Under the pieces are notes generated by a model. The model had not been told where the DNA came from. It saw only the letters and a program-made list of their open reading frames with translations, and ran no database searches. The position numbers and the translations under genes were made by a program. Below, piece after piece: positions 29,377 to 40,607 of a stretch of 64,000 bases of DNA (the stretch's first letter is position 1; each line of letters begins with the position of its first letter). Source of the DNA: an uncultured Gammaproteobacteria bacterium. GTDB taxonomy: Bacteria; Patescibacteriota; Patescibacteriia; Buchananbacterales; UBA6539. Where the stretch lies: positions 24,890-88,889 of the forward strand of contig CAZINP010000005.1 in assembly GCA_964540635.1 (NCBI GenBank), in the 5' to 3' direction.

Positions 29377-30558
29377 TTATTGATCTTCTTTGCGAAAACG
29401 AGAAACGCCGACTAAAATACCGGCCGCGGCCATAGTCGCAGCCAATGACGTACCACCATAACTGATAAACGGCAAAGGAATACCAGTCAGCGGCATTAAA
29501 CTGATGATGGCAGCAATATTAAAAAATGCCTGAAAAACAAACCAAGCCACTATCCCAACCACAATAAAACGTCCATAATCATCGTCAATTGTTTTATAAA
29601 TCTTTAAGCCTCGCCAGGCCAAAAATAAAAAAGCGACTATCACGAATGAAGCAAAAATAAAACCGATTTCTTCTGAAATAATTGCAAAAATTGAATCACC
29701 AATCACTTCTGGCAGATAAGCGAATTTTTGTCTTGATTGGCCAAAACCTAAGCCTAGCCAACCACCGGAACCAACGGCAATAAGCGCTTGATTTATCTGA
29801 TAGCCACTCCCTTGCGGATCCAAAGAGGGGTCAAGAAAGGTCATTAATCTGGCAATTCGATATGGTGCGGATAAAAGCAGTGCGCCCAAACCGACCAAGC
29901 CGCCAAAGGCAAGTAAGGCCAAATGAAGCAAATTTGCGCCGGCCACAAAATAAACCGAAACAGCAATTGCCGTAAGGGCCATTAACGTACCAATATCAGG
30001 CTGGAGAATAATAAGCAATGATATGGCGCCAAAAATTATGGCGAATGGCACAAAACCATTCCAAAAATCTCGGTTCCTCTCTTTGCCCCGATAAGAGAAC
30101 CAGCCAGCCAAAGACATGATTAGTAAAAGCTTAACCACTTCCGCCGGCTGAAGAGAAATACCAAAAATATTCACCCAGCTGTGCGACCCCTTACCATAAG
30201 TCGAACCGATGCCTGGAATAAAAACCAAAAGCAACAAAAAAAGAGAGGCAATAAAAAAAGCAACCGTATGTTTTTCCCATTTTTTATAATCGGCTCTTGC
30301 TAAAAAAATAAATAAAAGCACACCCGGAATAAAGCCGCGCGAAAATTGGCGCCACAAAACCACATACGTCCCACCGTATCGCCTAAAAGATTCAACGGCC
30401 GAAGCCGAAGAAAGCATAATCAACCCAAAAGCAATTATGCCAAAAATCAAACTTATTAAAAACCAATCCGCGCCCGGGATTAAATCTTTGATTCCGGAAA
30501 ATTTATTTTTTTTTGCAGGAGAAATTCTATTTTTTTTTGCCGAATGAAGATACTTCAT
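29377..30558 (-). CDS. ftsW: SEDS peptidoglycan polymerase FtsW
   Basis: QPAEVVK, QPDIGT, GSGGWLG and PLTGIPLPFISYGGTS motifs. Confidence 0.93.
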   Translation of the reverse strand: MKYLHSAKKNRISPAKKNKFSGIKDLIPGADWFLISLIFGIIAFGLIMLSSASAVESFRRYGGTYVVLWRQFSRGFIPGVLLFIFLARADYKKWEKHTVAFFIASLFLLLLVFIPGIGSTYGKGSHSWVNIFGISLQPAEVVKLLLIMSLAGWFSYRGKERNRDFWNGFVPFAIIFGAISLLIILQPDIGTLMALTAIAVSVYFVAGANLLHLALLAFGGLVGLGALLLSAPYRIARLMTFLDPSLDPQGSGYQINQALIAVGSGGWLGLGFGQSRQKFAYLPEVIGDSIFAIISEEIGFIFASFVIVAFLFLAWRGLKIYKTIDDDYGRFIVVGIVAWFVFQAFFNIAAIISLMPLTGIPLPFISYGGTSLAATMAAAGILVGVSRFRKEDQ

Positions 30559-31946
30559 TTTTTGTTTTTTTTAATTATTTGATTGAATTGAATGCCGCGA
30601 TCATACTCATTGATAAATAAATTAAAACTGGCACAAGCCGGCGATAGCAAAATAATATCTCCTTTCTTGGCAAAACTTTGAGCAACCGAAACTGCATCAA
30701 TCATCTTATCAAAACCGACGGCAATTTTCTTTATTTTTAAAAATTTTAAAAGCTGATCTGTCCCCTTCCCTTTGAATAAAACAACTGCCTTGCAGGTTTT
30801 AGCAACAATTCCGGCCAATTCTTTATATTTTTGATCGGGAATATTTTTGGTATCCCCGCCGGCAATCAGAATTATATTTTTTTTCAAAGACTTTAGTGCA
30901 GCCATTGTTCCGTCCGGTGTGGTGGCGGTTGTGTCATTGATATATTTTATTCCATCAAAATTTGCAATCAGCTCCATTCTAAACGGCAAGCCTAAAAAGG
31001 TCCTGAGCACTTTTTTAATTTTAGAAGCGGCAACATTGAAAATTCCAGCCACCGCCAATGCGGCTAAGACATTCTCCAAATTGTGCTGACCCAAAAGTTT
31101 AATTTCACTGACCTTGGCCAGCTTTTCTTCTTGACCAAACAACCTGAAATAAATATTATCGTTTCTGACAAACACGCCATTTTGTTCCTTAAAATAATTC
31201 TTGGAAAACCATAACCGATGACCATTAGCCAAAGCCGCCATCTTTTTAGTTTCTTGATTATCAAGATTAAAAACTGCCAAATCATTGGACTTCTGTGAAG
31301 AAAAAATCATTTCCTTGGCGGCAATATAATCTTTCATGCCCCCATATCGATTTAAATGATCGGGATATACATTAGTAATTACCGCAACCTGTGGGCTAAT
31401 TTTTTGCTCACCTAAAATTTCCAATTGCCAGGAGGAAAGCTCCAAAACCGTCAAATCGTTGGGTTTTATTTTATCCAAAATTGCCATCATTGGATTCTGG
31501 GGCTGACCCGCCAACCTAACCGTTGAATATTTTTCTTTCAAAAAACTATAAATCAAATTACTGGTTGTTGACTTTCCCCTGGTACCGGTTACGCCAATAA
31601 TGGCGCTTGGACAATTTTTAAAAAATAAACTCGCCTCATTTTCAATCAAAACACCCGCCTTTCTGGCGGTTTTAATATATTCTGAATTCGCCGGCATGCC
31701 GGGATTTTGGATAACAATATCGGCTGTCTTAAAATCAACTAAACGATGGCGACCCAAAACCAATTTAGCCTTACCTTTTATTTTTTTTACCGAATCAGCA
31801 AGCTCTTTGGCACTTTTAAGGTCGGTTACTGTAACTTTAGCCCCATGCTTAATCAGCCAATTGGCCGCCGCTAACCCCCCGCCATGCAAACCCAAACCGG
31901 CAACTGTTACTTTTTTATTTTTATAATCCTGACACATAAGGTGCAA
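30555..31946 (-). CDS. murD: UDP-MurNAc-L-Ala--D-Glu ligase
   Basis: GTRGKSTT, LELSSWQL, PDHLNRY and LLSPACASF motifs; exact start uncertain. Confidence 0.93.
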   Translation of the reverse strand: MHLMCQDYKNKKVTVAGLGLHGGGLAAANWLIKHGAKVTVTDLKSAKELADSVKKIKGKAKLVLGRHRLVDFKTADIVIQNPGMPANSEYIKTARKAGVLIENEASLFFKNCPSAIIGVTGTRGKSTTSNLIYSFLKEKYSTVRLAGQPQNPMMAILDKIKPNDLTVLELSSWQLEILGEQKISPQVAVITNVYPDHLNRYGGMKDYIAAKEMIFSSQKSNDLAVFNLDNQETKKMAALANGHRLWFSKNYFKEQNGVFVRNDNIYFRLFGQEEKLAKVSEIKLLGQHNLENVLAALAVAGIFNVAASKIKKVLRTFLGLPFRMELIANFDGIKYINDTTATTPDGTMAALKSLKKNIILIAGGDTKNIPDQKYKELAGIVAKTCKAVVLFKGKGTDQLLKFLKIKKIAVGFDKMIDAVSVAQSFAKKGDIILLSPACASFNLFINEYDRGIQFNQIIKKNKK

Positions 31947-31958
31947 AATTTTTTAAAA

Positions 31959-32999
31959 TTAAATCTTGTCTCCCAAAAATAAAATCAAGCCGATTACCGC
32001 ACTGACGGCCGCTATTACCCAAAAACGCATAACAATTTTCGGCTCGGGCCAGCCAATAGCCTCTAGGTGATGATGTAGGGGCGAAGAAATAAAAAACTTT
32101 CTGCCCAAGAATTTTTTAAAAAACATTTGGATAATAACCGAAAGCGTTTCAATTACAAAAATCAAACCAATTACCGGCAAAAGCAAGGCTGAATTCGTAA
32201 GCATCGCAATTACGCCCAAGGTAACCCCCAAAGACATTGAACCGGTATCGCCCATAAAAAAGCGCGCCGGATTAATGTTGTACCACAAAAAAGCCAAAAG
32301 AGCGCCGGAAATAACGCCGCAAAAAGTGGCTAAATCGTAATGTCCTCTGGCAAAAGCAATAGCGCCATAAGAAGTAAAAGCCGCCAAAAGAGTTCCGCCA
32401 GCCAAACCATCCAGGCCATCAGTCAAATTAACTGAATGAGCCGTAGCGGTAATAATAAAAATAAAAAATGGTACATACCACCAACCGATATCAATATTTC
32501 CATAAAAGGGCACGTGCAAAACCGTCCAGCTTAATTTGTAATAAAACCAGTACGCGCCGAAAATGGCAATCAAACCATAAATAATGAACCGATGACGCAT
32601 TCTTAATCCGCCGCCATTCAACCCCATCCTTTTAACATCAATCAAATCATCAATCAGACCGACAATTGCCGAGGCAACTAGGGCGCCAAGGGGCAAAAGC
32701 GTTTCAGAACGAGAAAAAAAGTTCAGTTTCGACCAGACTCCGCCAAAAATTTCTGACAAAATAAAAAATAATATGATTAAAAATAAAGTCGTAACCCAAA
32801 CCAAAATTCCGCCCATAACCGGCGTCCCTGCTTTTTTTTGATGCATTGAAGCAAAAACCGGCGCCTGTTTTGAATCCCTAATACCTTTTCCTAGATTGTA
32901 TTTATATAAAAAATGAGTTAAAAACGGCGTCCAAGCAAAAGCAATTACAAACGATATCGTGCTTAACAGAAATATTTTTGTAACAATAAAACTGGTCAT
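31959..32999 (-). CDS. mraY: Phospho-MurNAc-pentapeptide transferase
   Basis: GTPVMGG, NLTDGLDGL, FMGDTGS and PLHHHLE motifs. Confidence 0.96.
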   Translation of the reverse strand: MTSFIVTKIFLLSTISFVIAFAWTPFLTHFLYKYNLGKGIRDSKQAPVFASMHQKKAGTPVMGGILVWVTTLFLIILFFILSEIFGGVWSKLNFFSRSETLLPLGALVASAIVGLIDDLIDVKRMGLNGGGLRMRHRFIIYGLIAIFGAYWFYYKLSWTVLHVPFYGNIDIGWWYVPFFIFIITATAHSVNLTDGLDGLAGGTLLAAFTSYGAIAFARGHYDLATFCGVISGALLAFLWYNINPARFFMGDTGSMSLGVTLGVIAMLTNSALLLPVIGLIFVIETLSVIIQMFFKKFLGRKFFISSPLHHHLEAIGWPEPKIVMRFWVIAAVSAVIGLILFLGDKI

Positions 33000-33002
33000 A
33001 AA

Positions 33003-33377
33003 TTAATAATTTAAATAAATGATAAAAACCGACGCAAAAAATAATATAAGTTGAACCAAAAAACCCACCCCGATTAAAAAATAAACCAGCAACGAATTAT
33101 TCTTATAAAAATAGAGGCTTAAAAATAAATTGACAATTAAAAAAGCTAGACCAAGCCCGGGAATAAAAAGGATCTGGTACCATGGCCCAAATAAATCCGG
33201 CCCAAAGTAAATATTATAGTGAAGCGGCATTAACCCCGGGAAAAATCTAACTCCCCAGGCCATAATCGACCACGTCAAGAAATTAAAGAATATGGCCAAA
33301 ACCAAAAGAGAGAGAATAGACTTGTCTTTAAGAAAAGATTTTATGGCAAGGGTTGTGTAGGTTTGATAGTTAAACAT
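33003..33377 (-). CDS. Small membrane protein (PLHYNIYFG motif)
   Basis: Three hydrophobic segments; 3 nt from mraY, so probably co-transcribed. Confidence 0.6.
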   Translation of the reverse strand: MFNYQTYTTLAIKSFLKDKSILSLLVLAIFFNFLTWSIMAWGVRFFPGLMPLHYNIYFGPDLFGPWYQILFIPGLGLAFLIVNLFLSLYFYKNNSLLVYFLIGVGFLVQLILFFASVFIIYLNY

Positions 33378-33561
33378 AAAAAATAAATCAATTTAGATAC
33401 TTCTATATTTTAATAATAAATTGATATTTTGTCCACTTCCAAAAACTTTGTCCAATATTTGTTTTTGTGTTATAATAATTAAGCGTTTACACGAAACATT
33501 TGAAGAATCATCACGCAATCGGCTAAAACAAAAATATTATTCAAAAATATAAATAAATATT

Positions 33562-35304
33562 ATGTTTTCTGACGAACAATTGAAGTTAATCCTAGAAGAG
33601 ACAAACACACTCAAAGAATCAGATATCAGCGCCTACTTAAATGAAGCCAGCAAACGCAACCAAACCCTTGAAGAGCATTTGGTTGGTCAAAAGGTTTTAA
33701 ACGAAGAAAATATTTATCAGATTGCGGCTCAGTATTTTGACTTGCCGTTTATTAATCTTGACAGCAAGAATATTCGCAAAGATATTCTTTTTTTAATTCC
33801 CGAACCAATTGCCACAACACACAAAATAATTGCTTTTGAAAAAAATGAGACAGAACTAAAAATCGCCTCTATTAACCCACAGGATTTGCAGATCTTTGAA
33901 TTTTTAAGAAAAAAAACCGGCCTTGATACTAAAATTTATTTAGCCACTCCAACCGGAATCGGCGAGGCGCTTAAAAATTATCACAAAGGCCTTCAGGCGG
34001 AATTTAAGGAATTAACAAAAAATACAGTCTCCGAAGAAGACGACGGGCCACAAGACGAGGGCAAGGCAAAACTCAAAGAATTAGCACAAGACCTGCCCGT
34101 AATCAGAATTGTTGACACTTTGCTTGAATACGCCATATTTGAAAGCGCTTCCGACATACACATCGAACCGACAGAAAAAGAAGTTGTGGTTCGCTATCGC
34201 ATTGACGGAGTTTTGCGAAACGTAATGACTTTGCCCAAAAGCGTTCATCCGGGCATTGTGGCCAGGATAAAAATCTTATCAAACCTTAAAATTGACGAAC
34301 ATCGTTTGCCTCAAGACAGCCGATTTAAAATTGCAACCAATGAATATCGAGTATCTTTTCGTGTTTCAATTATCCCAACTTACGACGGCGAAAAAATTGT
34401 CTTACGCGTCTTAAATGAAAAAAGCAGTTTGATCAGTTTGGAACAATTGGGTTTTCAAAAAAGACCGCTGGAAAAAATTCAAGCAAACATTAAAAAACCT
34501 CACGGCATGATTCTCGTAACCGGACCTACCGGCTCCGGCAAAACCACCACGCTTTACTCAATCCTAAACATTCTCAATCGTCCGGAAGTAAACATCGTAA
34601 CAATTGAAGACCCGATTGAATACCGAATCCCCGGCTTAAACCAAAGCCAAGTAAACCCAAAGATTGGCTACACTTTCGCGGCCGGGCTGCGTTCATTTCT
34701 AAGACAAGACCCCAATATTATTATGGTTGGCGAAATCCGCGACCAAGAAACAGCCGAAATCGCCGTTAATGCCGCCTTAACCGGCCACTTGGTTCTTTCG
34801 ACTTTGCATACTAACGATGCGCCGACTACCCTGCCACGTTTAACGGAAATGGGAATACCGTCTTTTATGGTCTCCTCTACCACCAATGTAATTATTGCCC
34901 AAAGGCTTGTAAGAAAAATATGTCAGGATTGCATCGAAAGCTACAACCTAACAAAAGAAGATATTGCCAATTTAGAGAAACAAATCAATCTCGATCCGCT
35001 TATTTCAATGCTGGAAAAAGAAGGCTTGATTTCACCGAAGCAAGCAAAAACATCACTTCTGTTTTATCGCGGCAAAGGTTGTAAAAAATGCGGTAACTCC
35101 GGCTACAAGGGCCGAATGGGTATTTATGAGGTTCTGGAAGTAACTCCAAAAATTCAAGAAGCAATTTTGCGTTCAGCCAACGCCAACCAAATTTATGAGG
35201 TCGCCAAAAGCGAGGGCATGCTCACGATTATGGAAGATGGATTTATAAAAGCCAAAAGCGGAATAACCACCATAGAAGAAATCCTAAGAGTGACAAAAGA
35301 ATAA
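33562..35304 (+). CDS. pilB: Type IV pilus assembly ATPase (PilB/GspE family)
   Basis: ASDIHIEP, GPTGSGKTTT, TIEDPIE, LRQDP..IMVGEIRD, STLHTN and tetra-Cys motif. Confidence 0.93.
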   Translation: MFSDEQLKLILEETNTLKESDISAYLNEASKRNQTLEEHLVGQKVLNEENIYQIAAQYFDLPFINLDSKNIRKDILFLIPEPIATTHKIIAFEKNETELKIASINPQDLQIFEFLRKKTGLDTKIYLATPTGIGEALKNYHKGLQAEFKELTKNTVSEEDDGPQDEGKAKLKELAQDLPVIRIVDTLLEYAIFESASDIHIEPTEKEVVVRYRIDGVLRNVMTLPKSVHPGIVARIKILSNLKIDEHRLPQDSRFKIATNEYRVSFRVSIIPTYDGEKIVLRVLNEKSSLISLEQLGFQKRPLEKIQANIKKPHGMILVTGPTGSGKTTTLYSILNILNRPEVNIVTIEDPIEYRIPGLNQSQVNPKIGYTFAAGLRSFLRQDPNIIMVGEIRDQETAEIAVNAALTGHLVLSTLHTNDAPTTLPRLTEMGIPSFMVSSTTNVIIAQRLVRKICQDCIESYNLTKEDIANLEKQINLDPLISMLEKEGLISPKQAKTSLLFYRGKGCKKCGNSGYKGRMGIYEVLEVTPKIQEAILRSANANQIYEVAKSEGMLTIMEDGFIKAKSGITTIEEILRVTKE

Positions 35305-35306
35305 TT

Positions 35307-36401
35307 ATGCCAAAAGATCAAACAAAAAAACCCGGAAAATTAATGGCCTGGTTAAATAAACCAACTAAACTGCCAATCAATCAAAAAATATTTTTTATTC
35401 AGCAGCTGACTGTTATGCTTCAGGCTGGCATTTCCCTTTCAATTGCCCTAAAGACCCTGGCTCAGCAATCAGAATCAAAAGCCTTAAAAAATATTGTCCA
35501 GGGCCTTCAACAAACGGTTGAAAAAGGTAATACCCTATCAAAAGGTCTTGAGGCTTACCCAAAAATTTTTAATGATCTTTTTGTAAATATGATTAGGGCC
35601 GGTGAAAGCAGTGGCAAGCTCGAGGATGTCCTTAGAGAGTTATATATACAGATGAAAAAAGATCACGAAATTGTCAGCAAAGTAAAGGGGGCAATGACTT
35701 ATCCGGCCATTGTAGTAAGCATGATGGGAGTAATCGGAATAATAATGATGGTTTATGTCATCCCGTCAATGACCAGCGTTTTTAAAGAAATGAATGTTCC
35801 ATTGCCGTTGCCAACAAAAATTTTAATTTTTATCAGTGACTTTTTGGTAACTCAAGGCATTTGGGTTCTATTGGTGGTTATTATTTTCGTTGTTATTTTT
35901 TTGCGAGTTTTAAGAACCCCTCAAGGCAAATACGTTTTCCATAAAACTCTTTTAAAAACTCCCATCGTTGGAACGATAATCAAAAAAATTAACCTGGCAA
36001 GATTCTCTCGCACGCTAAGCTCTTTATTAAAAACAGACATACCAATCGTCCAATCATTTGAAATTACATCCAAAGTTCTGGGAAATGTAATCTACAAAAA
36101 AGCCCTCATTGAATCAATTGAGAAGGTTAAAAAGGGCGTTAGAATCAGCGAATCTCTCAACCCATACTCAAATATTTTTCCGCCGGTTGTTTTGCAGATG
36201 ATCTCGGTTGGCGAAGAAACCGGCGAGCTGGATAATATCTTAATTGAATCGGCGGTATTTTATGAAGAAGAGGTTAATCAAACCATGAGCAACTTGCCAT
36301 CAATAATAGAGCCGGTACTTATGGTAATTCTAGGCATTGCCGTTGGCGCAATGGCTATTTCTGTAATTTTACCAATGTATACCTTAGGTCAATCAATATA
36401 A
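35307..36401 (+). CDS. pilC: Type IV pilus platform protein (PilC/GspF family)
   Basis: AGESSGKL, AMTYP, VGEETGELD and IEP motifs. Confidence 0.92.
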   Translation: MPKDQTKKPGKLMAWLNKPTKLPINQKIFFIQQLTVMLQAGISLSIALKTLAQQSESKALKNIVQGLQQTVEKGNTLSKGLEAYPKIFNDLFVNMIRAGESSGKLEDVLRELYIQMKKDHEIVSKVKGAMTYPAIVVSMMGVIGIIMMVYVIPSMTSVFKEMNVPLPLPTKILIFISDFLVTQGIWVLLVVIIFVVIFLRVLRTPQGKYVFHKTLLKTPIVGTIIKKINLARFSRTLSSLLKTDIPIVQSFEITSKVLGNVIYKKALIESIEKVKKGVRISESLNPYSNIFPPVVLQMISVGEETGELDNILIESAVFYEEEVNQTMSNLPSIIEPVLMVILGIAVGAMAISVILPMYTLGQSI

Positions 36402-36853
36402 TGAACAAAAAAGATAAAAACCTGGGCATATCCCTGATTGAAATTTTAGCCATTGCCGGTGTAACGGTCCTGATAAGCTTAATCTCAATCCCCGCTTTTA
36501 TTGGTTATCAAAAAAATTCAAAACTGAAAAATGAAGCCAGGCAGTTGGCAACAAACATCCGCCTTGCTCAGCAACTAGCTATTACCACCCAAAACGTCTA
36601 CCAAATAAAAATTTTTTCTGAAAATGAAAAAAGATACCAAATACGAGATGAAAATAACGACACTACCATTAAGGACGTGCACTTTGACCCTGAGGTAAGA
36701 ATAAGTCAGATAGATAATTTTACCGACCAAATAATACGTTTTACTGCAACCGGCGGGGTCATCGAATCAGGAAATTTATATTTAGTCAATACCAATAATC
36801 AGACATCAACCTTACAAATTAAACCCTCTGGATATGTGCAAATTATCGACTAG
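36401..36853 (+). CDS. Minor pilin, FimT/GspH-like
   Basis: Class III signal G|ISLIE followed by a hydrophobic helix. Confidence 0.75.
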   Translation: MNKKDKNLGISLIEILAIAGVTVLISLISIPAFIGYQKNSKLKNEARQLATNIRLAQQLAITTQNVYQIKIFSENEKRYQIRDENNDTTIKDVHFDPEVRISQIDNFTDQIIRFTATGGVIESGNLYLVNTNNQTSTLQIKPSGYVQIID

Positions 36854-37256
36854 GGGGTTTAGCATCATTGAAGCTATGGTTGCCATAACGGTTTTGCTGG
36901 TTGGCATTGTTGCTATTACCGCTTTCTTTCCGACGAGCCTTAAAATCATTGGTGACTCCGAAGCGACAACAACAGCCACCAATTTGATAATGGCAAAAAT
37001 TGAAGAAGTCCAAGCCTTGCCCTATCAAAGCATTGTTGTTGGAGAATTTGAAAGCAAACACCGCCTCTCAAGCAATGGCGAGGACTATCTTTACTACTTT
37101 CAAAGATCAACAACCATAACTTATCTTGATCAAAATTTAAACGAAAGCGTCAGTGACGTTGGCTTTAAAAAAATTAGCGTCACCGTTTACTGGATTTCGG
37201 CTTTGGGCGGTAAAGAGAAGTCAATTACCATTAATACCATCAGGTCAATTTATTAA
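36834..37256 (+). CDS. Minor pilin, PilV-like
   Basis: Class III signal G|FSIIE. Confidence 0.75.
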   Translation: MCKLSTRGFSIIEAMVAITVLLVGIVAITAFFPTSLKIIGDSEATTTATNLIMAKIEEVQALPYQSIVVGEFESKHRLSSNGEDYLYYFQRSTTITYLDQNLNESVSDVGFKKISVTVYWISALGGKEKSITINTIRSIY

Positions 37257-37813
37257 TGACTAAACTTAAAAAAAATCTTGGTTTCACCCTCGCAGAGATG
37301 CTTATTTCTATTGTAATCATCTTGCTGGTTGTTTTAATGATTACGTCTATTTTCACACTGAGCCAGAGGTCTATGAGGCAGGCAAATAATAAAGCTGAAT
37401 TGATCCAAAACTCTCGCGTCGCCCTAGATTTAATGTCGCGCGAAATTAGGCAAGCCAAAAAGATTATTAGCGAACTCCCAACTTCAAATATCAACGCTTT
37501 GCATGAAATAACTTTTGAAGACGGCCACGATATTTCTGAAATTCATTATATAAATTACAGCCTGCAAGGCAACGAGGTTTACCGCCGAGTCTACATTTAC
37601 TTTTTTGATACAAATCCAGATATTTATGTCCACTATAACGATGTTGACGCCTTTGGTCCCCCCGAAAGCATGGTTATCGACGAAAAAGTAGTAGGCGAAT
37701 ATTTTGATGATTTAATTTTTTACGGCAACGGAAATATTAATATTGAAATGATCATGAAAAAAGACAATACTGAAATCTTTCTCAAATCGGTAATTAACCC
37801 AAGAAACACATGA
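37256..37813 (+). CDS. Minor pilin, PilW-like
   Basis: Class III signal G|FTLAE and MSREIRQA motif. Confidence 0.75.
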   Translation: MTKLKKNLGFTLAEMLISIVIILLVVLMITSIFTLSQRSMRQANNKAELIQNSRVALDLMSREIRQAKKIISELPTSNINALHEITFEDGHDISEIHYINYSLQGNEVYRRVYIYFFDTNPDIYVHYNDVDAFGPPESMVIDEKVVGEYFDDLIFYGNGNINIEMIMKKDNTEIFLKSVINPRNT

Positions 37814-39018
37814 CCACTATTAACAATAAACAAGAAGGATTTGTCCTGATAACTTCCGTCATGATCTTAATGGCGATGCTTTTGGTTGGCTCATATTTAA
37901 TTTCCAGCTCAGACTCGGAAAATAAAATTTCCCAGGCTCAAACCGTAGCAACCAGGGATTATTACCTGGCCGAAACCGGCATTAATGAAATGCTCTGGAA
38001 AATTCAAAACAATCCCACCACAAAAAATAATTTCCTAGCCGGCACCTTAAGCGAAAGCGATAGCATAACCAGAAATAATGTTTTGGGTGACAGCCGAGCC
38101 TCATATAATGTGGCGGCTATCAATACCACCAGCTCAGAGGCCTGGATTATTGCCACGGCAACTTACCAACTAGCCGATCATGTTTCACAAAGAGTGGTAA
38201 AATCTTATATCTCAAAAGCAACAAATAATTACACTAATCCTTGGCCATTTTCTACATTTTCCGGCGGGCGAGGCGGGCAACAGAATGGAAATTTTAATTT
38301 TACCGGATCAGGAGTAGTTTTGATTTTAAACGGCGGGAGACTTCACGCCAATCAAGTTTTAAAAGTTCAAAAAGCAGAAATACAAATTAACGATGGCGTT
38401 GTTTCTTCCAGTAACGTCATTAATGAAACGGCTGGCGGTAAAATTACGCTAAATAACAGCTACAGGAGTGTGCCTACCAGCACCGTTGATATGCTTCAGA
38501 TTGATTTTGATAGCAGTGACCCAAATTCATGGAAGAGCCGCGCCACGGCAGTATATAGCACCAGCCAATTTAATTCCCTACCAAACAACACCACGCTTAA
38601 TGGCATCATCTTTGTAAATGGAAACGCCAGTGTTGTAGGGAAAAATATGACCATAAATGGCGTTTTGGTGACAAGCGGCAGTTTTTCACTCACAGAAGCG
38701 GGGCAAAATTTTACAGTTAATTTTGATCCGGCCTATGGCGGTGGTATTTTATCAAAAGGCAATTTATTTGTTACAACTTCCGGCGGTACGATTCTACTTA
38801 ACGGCCTAATATATTCCGGCAATAATCTTAACTTTACCAGCTCTGGTACAAATTTTATTATAAATGGAGCCATTGCCGGTTTTGATTCAAACATAACCGC
38901 TTCGGGAGGTGCTATCACCCTAAACTATACTCCAGCAAACATTGCCCCGGTTACCGATCCAACATATAATCCAAACGCACCATTAATAGTAATAACCCAC
39001 TGGGAAGAAGAATATTAA
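37810..39018 (+). CDS. PilX-like minor pilin with a G/N/T-rich beta-solenoid C-terminus
   Basis: G|FVLIT signal lacking Glu5, YLAETGI motif, repeated (L/I)NG units. Confidence 0.7.
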   Translation: MTTINNKQEGFVLITSVMILMAMLLVGSYLISSSDSENKISQAQTVATRDYYLAETGINEMLWKIQNNPTTKNNFLAGTLSESDSITRNNVLGDSRASYNVAAINTTSSEAWIIATATYQLADHVSQRVVKSYISKATNNYTNPWPFSTFSGGRGGQQNGNFNFTGSGVVLILNGGRLHANQVLKVQKAEIQINDGVVSSSNVINETAGGKITLNNSYRSVPTSTVDMLQIDFDSSDPNSWKSRATAVYSTSQFNSLPNNTTLNGIIFVNGNASVVGKNMTINGVLVTSGSFSLTEAGQNFTVNFDPAYGGGILSKGNLFVTTSGGTILLNGLIYSGNNLNFTSSGTNFIINGAIAGFDSNITASGGAITLNYTPANIAPVTDPTYNPNAPLIVITHWEEEY

Positions 39019-39019
39019 T

Positions 39020-40066
39020 ATGGCCTTAACCACAAATACAAATTTATTTGGACTAGATTTAAGCGATAGCGCGATTCGCCTGGTTCAATTAAAAAAAAGA
39101 GGAAAAAAAATATCAATTATTTCCTATGCTGAAATTGACTTGCCCGAAGGCATCATAACCAACGGAGAAATTACCAACGAGGACAAATTGGCTGAATCAA
39201 TAAAAAAATTAATTAAAAACGCCAAAGGGAAAAAAATATATAACAAAGATTGCATCGCCGTTTTACCGGAAACGAAAACTTTTATTCAGGTTATTACAGT
39301 TGCCTTCAGCAAAGATCCGGATAAAATTCTGGAAAACATTAAAGAAGAAATAAAAAATCACATTCCATTGTCTTACGAAGAAATATACCTAGATTGGCAA
39401 ATTTTAAAACAGGTCAATGATCACGCCAGAGTCCTTATTGGCGCAGCGCCAAGGGAAATTGTTGACTCTTATTACGGTGCGATTGAGAAAGCGGGATTGA
39501 CACCAAATGTTTTAGAAATTGAAGCGGCGGCAATCATCAGATCGTTAATTGAGCCAAAAGACAACGGCGCAAAAATAATAATAGATTTTGGAGCGAACAG
39601 AACAAGTTTAATTGTTTTCGATGAAAGTGTACCCCAATTTACAGTGAGCCTGCCCATATCCGGCAAGAATATAACCAACACAATCGCCAAAACCTTGCAA
39701 ATTGACTTAAAGAAAGCGGAAAAGGCTAAAATTATCTGCGGTCTTGATCCCCAAAAGTGCGATGGCGCTTTGATTAAAATTTTAAACTCCACAACCACCG
39801 CCTTGGCAAAACAAGTCCAAAAAACTATGTTTTTCTACAAAAGCTTAAACCCAAATGGTGGCAATATATCTGAAATAATTCTTTGCGGGGGTGGCGCAAA
39901 TTTTGTTGGTTTAGATAAAATTCTAGCCGAAAAACTTAAAATTCCAGTTAGGGTTGGCAGACCAAGTCAATTTATTGCAACAAATAAAAAACTGATTTTA
40001 CCCCCGGATAAAATCCTATCATTTGCAACCGCCATTGGCCTTAATTTAAGAAGCTTTAACAAATAA
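39020..40066 (+). CDS. pilM: Type IV pilus assembly protein PilM
   Basis: GLDLSD, IIDFGA and LCGGGA actin-like motifs. Confidence 0.9.
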   Translation: MALTTNTNLFGLDLSDSAIRLVQLKKRGKKISIISYAEIDLPEGIITNGEITNEDKLAESIKKLIKNAKGKKIYNKDCIAVLPETKTFIQVITVAFSKDPDKILENIKEEIKNHIPLSYEEIYLDWQILKQVNDHARVLIGAAPREIVDSYYGAIEKAGLTPNVLEIEAAAIIRSLIEPKDNGAKIIIDFGANRTSLIVFDESVPQFTVSLPISGKNITNTIAKTLQIDLKKAEKAKIICGLDPQKCDGALIKILNSTTTALAKQVQKTMFFYKSLNPNGGNISEIILCGGGANFVGLDKILAEKLKIPVRVGRPSQFIATNKKLILPPDKILSFATAIGLNLRSFNK

Positions 40067-40067
40067 A

Positions 40068-40607
40068 ATGATTACCTTAAATTTAGTTCCACCGGAAAAG
40101 AAAAAAAACCTACGCTTGATAAATAGCTTACTGATAATCAAGAATAATTTATTCTTACTCTTTTTTGTTATTGTTATCGCCACAATCATTTTACTAATCG
40201 GTAAGGCGGCAATAGATGAATATTTTGCCGAGGTTGTCTCCCAGTCAACCCTCATAACCAAATACGCCAGAATCTTTAATTATGAAATAAAAGATTTTAA
40301 TCAAAAAGTAATTGCCGCCAACGAAATTCAAGAAAAAAGTATCCCCTGGATTTACTTTCTGTCCGATTTATCGGAACAAATACCGGCCGGCGTAACAATT
40401 GATTATCTTGAAATCAAAGACGGCAAAATTGTAATTAACGGCAATGCCAACACCAGAAACGACCTGCTGCAATTAAAAAATAATCTTGAAAATTTTTCAA
40501 TTTTAAGCAATATTAATATTCCGATTGAGAGCCTGCTTAAAAAAGAAAATATTGATTTCAATTTAAAAGCCGCCTACGACAGCGTAAAACTTAAAAACTA
40601 TGAATAA
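40068..40607 (+). CDS. pilN: PilN-like protein
   Basis: ITLNLVP N-terminal motif, one TM, position after pilM. Confidence 0.8.
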   Translation: MITLNLVPPEKKKNLRLINSLLIIKNNLFLLFFVIVIATIILLIGKAAIDEYFAEVVSQSTLITKYARIFNYEIKDFNQKVIAANEIQEKSIPWIYFLSDLSEQIPAGVTIDYLEIKDGKIVINGNANTRNDLLQLKNNLENFSILSNINIPIESLLKKENIDFNLKAAYDSVKLKNYE